From contig OZ219788.1 in the NCBI GenBank assembly GCA_964291285.2, positions 160,001 through 224,000 on the forward strand: a DNA stretch of 64,000 nucleotides, read 5' to 3'. The notes under the pieces are model-generated. The model did not search any database and had not been told where the DNA came from. It was given only the letters and a program-made list of their open reading frames with translations. The stretch is from Alphaproteobacteria bacterium (lineage in GTDB: Bacteria; Pseudomonadota; Alphaproteobacteria; Bin95). Positions 30,969-39,641 of this stretch are shown here, piece after piece. The stretch's first letter is position 1; each line of letters begins with the position of its first letter. Made by a program: the position numbers and the translations under genes.

Positions 30969-31811
30969 ATGCAGGGCAAGACCGCACTCGTCACCGGCGG
31001 CACGGCTGGCATCGGTTTCGTCACCGCCCGCGCGTTGGCAGAGAAGGGCGCGGCCGTCACCATTGTCGGCCGCAACCCGCAGCGCGGCGAGCAGGCGGCG
31101 CGGGCGATCCGGGCGGAGGTTCCGGGGGCGGAAATCCGCTTCGAGCGCGCCGACCTCTCGCTGCTCGACGAAAATCGCCGGCTCGCCCGCAACATTGCCG
31201 AGTCCGTGGACCGGCTGGATGTGCTGGTGAACAATGCCGGCGCCATCTTCTCCCGCCGGCAGGTGACGGCGGACGGCCTCGAAGCCACCTTCGCCCTCAA
31301 CCACATGAGCTATTTCCTGCTCACCAACCTGCTGCTGAACCGGCTCAGGGCGGCGGAGGCGGGACGCATCGTCGTCGTCGCCTCCATTGCCCACCGGCGG
31401 GCCGAGTTCGACTTCAACGACCTGCAATGCGAGCGCCGCTACAGCGTGCGGACCGCCTACAGCCGCTCCAAGCTCGCCAATGTGATGTTCGCCTACGCGC
31501 TGGCGCGGCGGCTGGAGGGCAGCCCGGTCACGGTCAACGCGCTGCATCCGGGCCTGGTGGCAAGCCGCTTCGGCAGCAACAATGGCTGGCTGTTCCGCAA
31601 CGCGGTCAAGCTCGGCTTTCGCCTCAGCGGCGCCATCGGCGTCGAGGAGGGCGCGGAACTCAACATCCGCCTCGCCTCCGACCCGGCGCTGGCAGGCGTC
31701 AGCGGCCGTTACTTTTCCGACGGCAGGGAGGCGCGGTCCTCCGCCGCCTCGCTCTCCGTCGAGGACCAGGAACGCCTCTGGGCCGCCAGCGAAGCCATCG
31801 CCGCGAGTTAG
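30969..31811 (+). CDS. SDR oxidoreductase (retinol dehydrogenase-like)
   Basis: TGGTAGIG, LVNNAG, FALNH, YSRSK, LHPG. Confidence 0.92.
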   Translation: MQGKTALVTGGTAGIGFVTARALAEKGAAVTIVGRNPQRGEQAARAIRAEVPGAEIRFERADLSLLDENRRLARNIAESVDRLDVLVNNAGAIFSRRQVTADGLEATFALNHMSYFLLTNLLLNRLRAAEAGRIVVVASIAHRRAEFDFNDLQCERRYSVRTAYSRSKLANVMFAYALARRLEGSPVTVNALHPGLVASRFGSNNGWLFRNAVKLGFRLSGAIGVEEGAELNIRLASDPALAGVSGRYFSDGREARSSAASLSVEDQERLWAASEAIAAS

Positions 31812-31862
31812 AGCCGGCAAGTCGGAGTCCATTGAATTCCGGACGCGAACGGGTAAAATAGC

Positions 31863-31940
31863 GTCAGGTGCCGGAAGCATTCCGTACTCCTCTCATGCCT
31901 TCGGGCGAGCGCGGGGGTTACGACCCGCCCGGCACCTAAC
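31863..31940 (-). ncRNA. Putative 78-nt structured RNA (four-helix junction) directly after the stop of the nuclease-like ORF
   Basis: 12-bp closing stem GTTAGGTGCCGG/CCGGCACCTGAC enclosing hairpins GCGGG/CCCGC, CTC-GCC(CGAA)GGC-GAG and GAGTA/TGCTT; folded by eye only. Confidence 0.5.
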
Positions 31941-32366
31941 CTACCGTCCCAAGGGAACAATCCTGTCAAGCTGACGCTGCGCGGATCGGAGATTATGTTC
32001 ATTTGCCCTGTGCAAGCTCACCACATAGGTCGCCGAGCCATCCTGCGTGGCTTTTACAACGGCTCGCCATAACCGCCCTTCCAAATCGACAAAACCGGCG
32101 ACTCGCTGGCTTCGGCCTCGGAAAAGCTCGCCCCGATCGAGAATGCGCTGGACGTGCGCATAGTCGTCCGGCTCAACGTCGGGGTGCCGTCTGGCCTGCT
32201 TGGCGGCCGTTTCGCTGGACAGCCTGACTATCCGGGAGCGCGCGGCCATGGCGTCGGCGACGGCGGCGCTGAGAAACGCGACGGGAAAGTCGGCCTGTGC
32301 CGAACCCCGTGCCGACGCCGCCAGAAACCTGCGGAATGCAGGTGTCGACCACGGCTCGTTCGCCAT
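31941..32366 (-). CDS. Hypothetical protein resembling the PBECR-type nuclease domain at the C-terminus of phage MuF proteins
   Basis: FPVAFL...VRLSSETAAKQARRHPDV...DY..VQRILDRGE...LWRAVVKATQDG...YVVSLHR; resemblance from memory, not searched. Confidence 0.6.
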   Translation of the reverse strand: MANEPWSTPAFRRFLAASARGSAQADFPVAFLSAAVADAMAARSRIVRLSSETAAKQARRHPDVEPDDYAHVQRILDRGELFRGRSQRVAGFVDLEGRLWRAVVKATQDGSATYVVSLHRANEHNLRSAQRQLDRIVPLGR

Positions 32367-32380
32367 TGCGCAGCCGCCCG

Positions 32381-32695
32381 TCAGGGCAGGACGGCGAGGT
32401 CGAGCAGGGGGGCGTGCTGCTGGGCGCCATAGACATCCGCGTCGCGCGGGCCGCCGGAGCCGACGGGGCGCCGGAGCGAGAACTTGACCGCCCGCGCGAA
32501 GGGATAGAAGTCGAAGCCCAGCAATTCGTTGTCGGAAACGCCGTAGAGCCCGCAGACCGCCTGCCGGCTCAACAGTCCGGCGGAGCGCACGGCCTCGAAG
32601 ACCTCCTCGGTCTCGAACAGGATGTCGAAGGTCACGATGAAGGGGCCCGCATTCTTGGACCGGATGACCTCCGCCAGCTCCCCAAGTGTCTTCAT
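32381..32695 (-). CDS. DUF4387 family protein
   Basis: LAEVIRSKNAGPFIVTFDI...DADVYGAQQHAPL. Confidence 0.88.
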   Translation of the reverse strand: MKTLGELAEVIRSKNAGPFIVTFDILFETEEVFEAVRSAGLLSRQAVCGLYGVSDNELLGFDFYPFARAVKFSLRRPVGSGGPRDADVYGAQQHAPLLDLAVLP

Positions 32696-34062
32696 TGGAG
32701 CCATTCGAGCCGTCCGAAGCTCTCCGGCTCGTCGATTTCCATCAGGTGGTAGATGTTGAACTCATAGACCGGCCCGGCCGGGATTTCCGCCGGCGAGAAC
32801 GGGAAGGCGATATTGCCGGCCGTCGCGCGCCGGCCCTCGAAGGGCACATGCAGGATGGTCGAACGCGCAAGCCCGCAGACCGCTTCGGCGATCTCAGGCG
32901 TCTCCGCCACCACGTCGATCAATATGCCGAGCTCGTGCGCGGCCTGCCGGTTCGGCTCCCAAGCGCCCATCACGCCGTCGAGGCCGTAGCGGTGGAAGGT
33001 GATGCTGTATTGCGAGGGGTCGATGAACCCCGCCTGGGTCTCGCGGATCTTGTCCCTGACCGCTTCCTGGATCGTGTCGATGGAGCGGATGAAGGCCGGA
33101 TCGCGCGCGCCGCCGACGGTCAGCGCCCGGTGCCCCGCGAGCCGCGCGCCTTCCAGCTTGACCGTGTAGCGCTCGGCCTCCCGGAAGGCGCTGCCCGAGA
33201 CGCGGATGCGGCGCGGGTCGATCTGGTCGAACCGTGTCCGGCGAAGATCGACGGAGCCGCCCGGCCCCGCCAGCATCACCGGGTCCGACTTCTCGTAGAA
33301 GGTGTGCGCGGAGACGGAGGCCTCGGTGCATGCCTTCTCCGGATGGGTGGGCTCGACGATGAAATGGTCGTCGCGCAGCCGCCCGAGAATGAGGTCGCCG
33401 CCGCCGGTCGGGCGCGCGGCAAGGCTGCCGCATTCGAGGATCTTGCCCATATGCAGCGCGAGGCCGCGGTCGCGGCCCTGCATCAGCGGCAGCGCGGCGA
33501 TGTTGGACACGTCCCAGGCGCGGCCGACCACCAGGATATCGGGCTTGCCGGCGAGCGCCCGGAAATAGGACTCCGGCCCGACCTGCGCCACGATATGCGC
33601 AGCCGCATCGACATCCTCGACGGTGAGTTCCGCGCCGGTCTCGAACATGCGCACCCGTCCCTCTTCCACCGCCGCGCGCACGGTCCCGCGATCGAGCTCG
33701 GAGCGCAGCACGGCGACCTTCCGGTCGAGCCCGAGTTCCTCCATCACCCGGCCGAGCAGCGCCAGCAGATGGTCCACCTGCCCGTCGCCGCCCGCGCCGC
33801 CCGCGGAACCGATGATGAGCGGCACGCCGGCGTCGGCGCCCGCCTTCACCATCAGACGGAGGTCGCGCAGGATCATCGCATCCCCGACGAAGGGCTTGCC
33901 GGTGCCGAGATAATAGGGCCCCGGATCGCTGGAGCCCGCATCGCAGGCGATCAGGTCCACGCCGGCTTCGACCGCATCCCGAAGCGATTCCTCGCGGAAG
34001 CCGTAGCCCAGCATCCCGTTGGAAACGACGACGAATTCGTCTTCGCGCTTGCGTTCGATCAT
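32692..34062 (-). CDS. AtuA-like (acyclic terpene utilization / DUF1446) family protein
   Basis: GMLGYGF, DAGSSDPGPYYLG, HMGKILECG, SAHTFYEKSDP, TAGNIAFPFSP. Confidence 0.85.
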   Translation of the reverse strand: MIERKREDEFVVVSNGMLGYGFREESLRDAVEAGVDLIACDAGSSDPGPYYLGTGKPFVGDAMILRDLRLMVKAGADAGVPLIIGSAGGAGGDGQVDHLLALLGRVMEELGLDRKVAVLRSELDRGTVRAAVEEGRVRMFETGAELTVEDVDAAAHIVAQVGPESYFRALAGKPDILVVGRAWDVSNIAALPLMQGRDRGLALHMGKILECGSLAARPTGGGDLILGRLRDDHFIVEPTHPEKACTEASVSAHTFYEKSDPVMLAGPGGSVDLRRTRFDQIDPRRIRVSGSAFREAERYTVKLEGARLAGHRALTVGGARDPAFIRSIDTIQEAVRDKIRETQAGFIDPSQYSITFHRYGLDGVMGAWEPNRQAAHELGILIDVVAETPEIAEAVCGLARSTILHVPFEGRRATAGNIAFPFSPAEIPAGPVYEFNIYHLMEIDEPESFGRLEWLQ

Positions 34063-34073
34063 GGGCCTCCTCC

Positions 34074-35156
34074 TTACCCGCGCCCCTCGGCCCAGGCGTC
34101 TATGTCGAGTTCGCCGCGGAAATCGGCCGACACCGCCGCTTTTTTCGGTTCGAGCGGTATGCCGGTCGCATCCGCAACGCGGTCGATGGCGTTGAAGGTC
34201 GCGGCCACGCCGGCCGCATCCACCCAGCCGGCATCGCCGACCGTGCGGCGCAGCGCGGAAATAGCGGCGGCCATGTCGCCCTCCCCGGCGACTGCCTCGG
34301 CGAAGGCCGCCAGTTCTTCGCCGGCGGCGACCCCGCCTCCGCCGCCGCTCACGATCGCGTCCAGATCGTAACTGTCGCCTGTTGTCCGGCCGCTCTCACG
34401 GAGCAGCAGCGCATGGCTGGTGGTTCAGTAAACGCACTGGTTGAGCGCGGAAATCCTCGCCGCCAGGAACTCGATCTGCGCGTGGCTGATGGCGCGGTAT
34501 TCGACCTCGTAATCGCGCATCCAGCGGCTCGGCAGATATTGCGTCTCGACGAGGTCGAAAAAGGCCCGCTTCGCCTCCGGCACCAGGGTCAGCGCCATGA
34601 GGATGTAGGCCCGCGGCACACCGGAATAGATGTCGGCCTCCGCCCCGGTTTCCTCGCCATGCAGGATCAGCGGCACCCACGCCTCTTCCATCCGCGCCGA
34701 GGCCGGGCGGTAACCCGACGGCTCTCCCGGTTTCGGTTCCGGCAGGCACCGCAACGGCAGGCCCATCGAGCGGGCGAAGGTGTCGAGCGAGACCGTCACC
34801 GCCGTCACGCCCACCGTCTCCACATAGCGCGTGACCTCGACGCCCTCGGCCAGACGCGCCTCGAACCAGCGGCGCGTCAGGCGCGCGGGGTCGGTGACGA
34901 TTCGGTGGACGATCTCCACCATTGGCGGCTCGAGAACGCCGGGCCCGTCATGCTCGCCGACGACCGCCTCGGGCGAGAGCGCCCGCTTGCGCGCGGCGCA
35001 AAGCCGGCAATCCCGCGCATGGCGCGTCTCGGCGGCGATGGCGACGCGCTCCGCGCCTGTCAGCCAATTGCCCGGAGCGGCAATCCAAGCCCAGGCGCGG
35101 GCATGGGCCGCCGGAATGTCGGCGCGGACCGGCGCTTCCGCATCGGGATATCCCAT
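34074..35156 (-). CDS. AhpD/alkylhydroperoxidase-related selenoprotein, 360 aa, Sec at TGA 34425-34427
   Basis: ...QIEFLAARISALNQCVY-TGA-TTSHALLLRESG... continues in frame into the 34074-34352 ORF. CxxU motif; hairpin downstream of the UGA. Confidence 0.85.
34389..34407 (-). promoter_or_regulatory. Bacterial SECIS-like hairpin
   Basis: GCUGCUC-CGUGA-GAGCGGC; the loop begins 24 nt after the UGA and contains GU. Confidence 0.7.
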
Positions 35157-35252
35157 CGTTCCAGCCCTCCTGCCGTTCGCAGTCTAAGCGCCTTCCGCGG
35201 CGCGGGGAAACGCTCCCTTGTCCGTGGCCAAGATGCCGTCCCCTGGAGGAAG

Positions 35253-35403
35253 TGTCATGGCATGTCATGAGATGTCATGATCCGCATGCGGGCGGCGCAT
35301 ATCCTGTGGTCCTTTCGGGCATGAGGCGGTTTCCCCGGAGCTGTGTTCGTCTGCATCCTGAATATCGTTCCTCCACCGCGTTTCGTTCCGCTTCGTTCCG
35401 TTC
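35253..35403. repeat. Short tandem repeats with a 10-bp period
   Basis: TGTCATG at 35253, 35263 and 35273; TTCGTTCCG at 35382 and 35392. Confidence 0.7.
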
Positions 35404-35439
35404 TCCCGCTGCCCGGCCTGCCCGAGCGGCAAACCCTAA

Positions 35440-37346
35440 CCCAACTTGAACAGTCGGTGTCGATTTTTGCCGGGCGCGGTTTCGCCAAGTTGTTGAAATG
35501 ATTGGATAGTGAGGTGATGATTGGCGCGGGTTGAGAAAAATGTAGTGAAACATTTTTGCTGATTTGGCCTTGTTTTCTTGATTGGTCGATATCGAAGACA
35601 TACAACGCGGTCATGTTCGTGCGCGAAACGACCGCCCGGGGCCACCGCTATCTCTACCTCGTGGAGAGCGTGCGCGAGGGCAAGCGGGTGCGCCAGCGCA
35701 CGATCCGCGCGCTCGGCCGCAAGGACGTGTTGCAGGCGAGCGGGGAGCTGGACCGTCTGATCGCGTCCCTGGCGCGCCATTCGGAGCGGTCCGTGGTGCT
35801 GGAGGACATGGAGGCGGGCGCGCTGGCCTGCGTGCGGGTCGGCGGTCCGCTGCTGTTCGGTCGGCTGTGGGATCGGCTGGGCGTGGGCGCTGTCGTGAAG
35901 GAGCTTCTGGACGGTCGCGGCTTCGGGTTCGCCGTCGAGCGGGCGGTGTTTGTGAGCGTTCTGCACCGTCTGTTCGTGTCGGGTTCGGACCGGTCCTGCG
36001 AGAAGTGGATGGCCGACTACGCGATCGAGGGGATCGAGGGGTTGCGGCTTCATCAGCTGTATCGGGCGATGGCCTGGCTCGGGGAGGAGCTGGAGGCGCC
36101 GGCGGAAGGCGCGCTTGCGCCGCGCTGCGTGAAGGACGGGATCGAGGAGCGTCTGTTCGAGCACAGGCGGGACCTGTTCACCGACCTGTCTGTGGTGTTC
36201 ATGGACACCACGACGCTGTCGTTCCACGGCGCGGGCGGCGAGACGCTGGGCGCGCACGGCTACTCGAAGGACCATCGCCCGGACTTGCGCCAGATGGTTC
36301 TGGCGGTGGTGCTGGACGGCGAGGGCCGGCCTGTGTGCACGGAGATGCTGCCGGGCAACACGGCCGACACCAGGGTGCTGCTGCCGATCGTGGACCGTCT
36401 TCGGTCACGCTTCGGGATCGGTCGTGTGTGCGTGGTGGCGGACCGGGGGATGATCTCGGCGGCGACGATAGCGGCGCTGGAAGAGCGGGGGCTGGACTAC
36501 ATCCTGGGCGCGCGCGAGCGGCGCACGAAGGTGGTCCGCGAGGTGGTGCTGAAGGACACGAAGCCCTTTGTGCCGCTGCTCCTCAAGCGTCCGCGCGGCG
36601 AGACGCAGCTGTTCGTGAAGGAAGTCACGGTGGGCGGCGCGCGCTACATCGTGTGCCGCAACGAGGCGGAGGCACAGAAGGACCGCGCCGACCGGCAGGC
36701 CGTGGTGGACGGCCTCCAGCGCCGCCTTGCGGACGGCGAGAAAGCGCTGATCGGCAACAGCGCCTACCGGCGTTATCTGCGCCGCACGGGCGCGGGCAAG
36801 GCGTTCGAGATCGACGCCGGCAAGCTCGCCGAGGAGGCCGGCTTCGACGGCATCTTCGTGCTGCGCACCAACGCCGGCATGACGCCGCTCAATGCCGTGC
36901 TCCGCTACCGGGAGCTGCTCACGGTGGAAGACCTGTTCCGCCGGGCGAAGGCCCAGTTGCGCACCCGCCCGATCTACCACTCCTGCGACGCCGCGATCCG
37001 CGGCCACGTCTTCTGCTCCTTCCTCGCGCTCGTCCTCCAGAAGGAACTGGCCGACCGCTGCGCCGCCGCCAACGTCAACGTCGAATGGGACGACCTGATC
37101 CGCGATCTCGACCGCCTGCAAGAGGCCACCATCGAGAAGGACGGCAAGCGCATCACCACCCGCACCCATGTCGAGGGCCAGGTCGGAAAGGTCTTCCAGG
37201 CCGTCGGCATCGCGCTGCCGCCGAACTGGCGCGAACACAAAGCCTGACCGTCCCCAAAATCAACGAAATGTAGTGGGTACACCCGGCGATGCCGGTGTAA
37301 CTCCCTGTTCTATCGAATACTTTTAATCGTCACTGTTGAAGTTGGG
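35440..37346 (+). mobile_element. IS1634 family insertion sequence (element A)
   Basis: Terminal IRs CCCAACTTGAACAGT / ACTGTTGAAGTTGGG (14/15 match); CCTAA on both sides. Confidence 0.92.
35613..37247 (+). CDS. IS1634 family transposase
   Basis: YLYLVESVREG, VFMDTTT, GYSKDHRPDLRQ, PGNTAD, VADRGMIS, VEDLFR, RPIYH...IRGHVF. Confidence 0.93.
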   Translation: MFVRETTARGHRYLYLVESVREGKRVRQRTIRALGRKDVLQASGELDRLIASLARHSERSVVLEDMEAGALACVRVGGPLLFGRLWDRLGVGAVVKELLDGRGFGFAVERAVFVSVLHRLFVSGSDRSCEKWMADYAIEGIEGLRLHQLYRAMAWLGEELEAPAEGALAPRCVKDGIEERLFEHRRDLFTDLSVVFMDTTTLSFHGAGGETLGAHGYSKDHRPDLRQMVLAVVLDGEGRPVCTEMLPGNTADTRVLLPIVDRLRSRFGIGRVCVVADRGMISAATIAALEERGLDYILGARERRTKVVREVVLKDTKPFVPLLLKRPRGETQLFVKEVTVGGARYIVCRNEAEAQKDRADRQAVVDGLQRRLADGEKALIGNSAYRRYLRRTGAGKAFEIDAGKLAEEAGFDGIFVLRTNAGMTPLNAVLRYRELLTVEDLFRRAKAQLRTRPIYHSCDAAIRGHVFCSFLALVLQKELADRCAAANVNVEWDDLIRDLDRLQEATIEKDGKRITTRTHVEGQVGKVFQAVGIALPPNWREHKA

Positions 37347-37351
37347 CCTAA

Positions 37352-39365
37352 CCCGACTTCCGCAACTCGGGGGTCATGAGGATGCTAACTCATTGAATAG
37401 CCTTGATCGTCTCCCCGAGGGTCGGCACTACAAGGCGGCGAACGGAGAGGCGGCGCCGTGTGCCGTCAGGCGGAGATCCGGGGTGCGGGTTGCTGCGGCC
37501 AGGTCATGCCGAGCTGTTGCAGCAGTAGCTCGTGCTCCTTGTTCGGCCGGGTGTGGCGCGGCAGGACGAGGTGCCGGCCGTCGGTGGTTGGCAGATGGAC
37601 GTCCACCATCTGGATGGTGGCGAAGGCCTCAAGGATGGCGCGTGGGGTGAGGCCCGGGGCGCGCGGCCGGGCGAGGTTCTTCAGGGTCACCAGCAGGCAG
37701 TAGGCGATGAACGAGACGAAGATATGCGCCTCGATGCGCTCTTGGCGCTGATGGAAGATGGGGCGGATCGCGAGGTCGTGCTTGAGTTCCTTGAACGCCT
37801 GCTCGATCTCGACGAGCTGCATGTACAGATGCCACAGCGTGGCGGGGTCTTCGGCGACCATGTTGGATCGCAGCAGGTAACGGCCCTCGCGGCGGCGGAC
37901 CTGGCGCAGCCGGTCGCGCTGCAGGCGGAATGAGAAGCCGTTGGCGGCGAGTTCGCTGTCGGTCCCGGGCACGGTGATGTCGACCAGGCTCCAGGCCCGG
38001 CCGGCCTCCTTCCTGGCGGCGCCGAGCTTGAGCAACAACTGATCCCGGCTGTTCGACTGCCCTTGCAACTCGGCCAATCGACGCCACAGCCTCTTCAGCC
38101 GGCGCCGGCGCATGCCGCGTTCCTTCACCTGCCGCCCCTCGCTGCGCACCAGGACGTAGAGCTCGCCATCCTCGACCAGAAGCTTGACAGTCACGGACTG
38201 GCGCACCTCCTGCCAGGGCAGGCCCAGGAACACCTTCTCGAGCCGCGTCAGCCGGCCCTTGGGCGTGCCCACCAGGTAGCGCACCGGCGCCTCGCCCTCG
38301 CGCATCGCGGCCAGCGTCTCCTCGGTGGGGATGCCGCGGTCCATGATCCACACCCGCTCGGAGCGGCCATACTGATCCTCGATCTTCTTGAGGAACGCCG
38401 CCAGCGTGGTGTCGTCGGAGGTGTTGCCCGGCATCACCTCATAGGCCAGCGGAAAGCCCTGCGGCGTAACGATCAGGGCGATCACCACCTGCACGCAGTC
38501 GGGCCGCTTGTCCCGGCTGTAGCCGAAGCGGCGCTTGTCATCGAACGGCGGATCGCTCTCGAAGTAGGTCGAGGTCAGGTCGTAGAGCAGCACGTCGAAG
38601 CGCGCCTCGAACAGCGTCGCCCAGCGGTCGCGCAGAAACGAGAAGAAGCCCTGCTTGTGCGCCAGCAGCTTGTCGAGACAGCGATAGAGTGTGTCGTCGG
38701 CGATCGCCCGCTCGCCACCCAGAAGATCGCGAAGCGCGCTGTGCTCATACCAGTGACGGTGAAGGCGCCACTCGCTGCCCGGGTCGATCAGCCGGTAGCA
38801 GACCTGGATCTTCAGGATGTCCAGCCACCGCGTGCCTTGCCGGCTCGCCGGCAGCCGCTCTTCCCAGAAGCGGTCCAGGTCCAGGCGGTCCCACAAGGAC
38901 AGCGCCAGCCAGCACGCCCCCCACTGGCGCGGGTCGTGAAGCGCCACCTGCGAGAGGTCGATCTTCACCACTTCGCAAGTCAGCGCCGGCGCCTCCCGGT
39001 CCTCGGGAAACAGCGCCATCTGCCGTGATCGCGACTTGCCCTCCACCACCTCGATCGAGCGGCACCACGCCGCTCGCTGGCTGTCGTTGATCTCCCCGAG
39101 ATAGAGCACCTGACGCTGAACAACCCGACCGCCGTGGACCCGGACGTTCTCCACAACGCTCCAGTAGCGGTGCTCCTTGCCGTCCTTGAAGCGTCTCTTG
39201 CAGCGCACGAACATCAGCGCAGCGTCCGGATCTTCGCCAGCCCGATCAAGGGGGTAGGTCGGCACTACAAGCCGGTCCCGAGAGGTACTGCACCGAAATC
39301 CGACACTTCTCGCGCCGGAAAACCGTCAAATCAGTCGATTCTCAAGCCGAGTTGCGGAAGTCGGG
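37352..39365 (-). mobile_element. IS1634 family insertion sequence (element B)
   Basis: Perfect 19-bp IRs CCCGACTTCCGCAACTCGG / CCGAGTTGCGGAAGTCGGG; CTAA on both sides. Confidence 0.93.
37466..39214 (-). CDS. IS1634 family transposase
   Basis: YWSVVEN, LYDLTSTYFE, GYSRDKRPDCVQ, PGNTSD, MDRGI, IEQAFKELK, RPIFHQ...IEAHIF. Confidence 0.93.
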   Translation of the reverse strand: MFVRCKRRFKDGKEHRYWSVVENVRVHGGRVVQRQVLYLGEINDSQRAAWCRSIEVVEGKSRSRQMALFPEDREAPALTCEVVKIDLSQVALHDPRQWGACWLALSLWDRLDLDRFWEERLPASRQGTRWLDILKIQVCYRLIDPGSEWRLHRHWYEHSALRDLLGGERAIADDTLYRCLDKLLAHKQGFFSFLRDRWATLFEARFDVLLYDLTSTYFESDPPFDDKRRFGYSRDKRPDCVQVVIALIVTPQGFPLAYEVMPGNTSDDTTLAAFLKKIEDQYGRSERVWIMDRGIPTEETLAAMREGEAPVRYLVGTPKGRLTRLEKVFLGLPWQEVRQSVTVKLLVEDGELYVLVRSEGRQVKERGMRRRRLKRLWRRLAELQGQSNSRDQLLLKLGAARKEAGRAWSLVDITVPGTDSELAANGFSFRLQRDRLRQVRRREGRYLLRSNMVAEDPATLWHLYMQLVEIEQAFKELKHDLAIRPIFHQRQERIEAHIFVSFIAYCLLVTLKNLARPRAPGLTPRAILEAFATIQMVDVHLPTTDGRHLVLPRHTRPNKEHELLLQQLGMTWPQQPAPRISA

Positions 39366-39641
39366 CTAATTCGCGCGTAATGCGCGCCCCCGCCCGCGCC
39401 TGATTGCGCATGTGCCCACGCGCGCGAGCCGAACGCAGGCGTACCTCTCCTGTCGTCTCCCAAGCGTATTTTTCGCGCCGGCGCCAACACGAAAGACGGG
39501 AGGGCCTCCGGATGCCGCTTCCCGCCCTTCAATCTAGTTGGTGATTCCCTGAAATCAAGAGAAAAAGAATTTTTTCTGATATCATGAACAAGTTATGTCT
39601 TCGTTCACGACTCCGACCCGCAGCACGGAAGGCGGTCGGTG

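Noticed and set aside
31863-31940. Cloverleaf element as a genuine tRNA gene (including tRNA-Sec)
   Set aside because: No TTCGA T-loop, no D-loop GG in the proper place, no CCA, and a 12-bp closing stem; kept only as a putative structured RNA.
35253-35403. Short repeats as a CRISPR array
   Set aside because: Units are 7-10 bp with no unique spacers, and there are no cas genes in the window.
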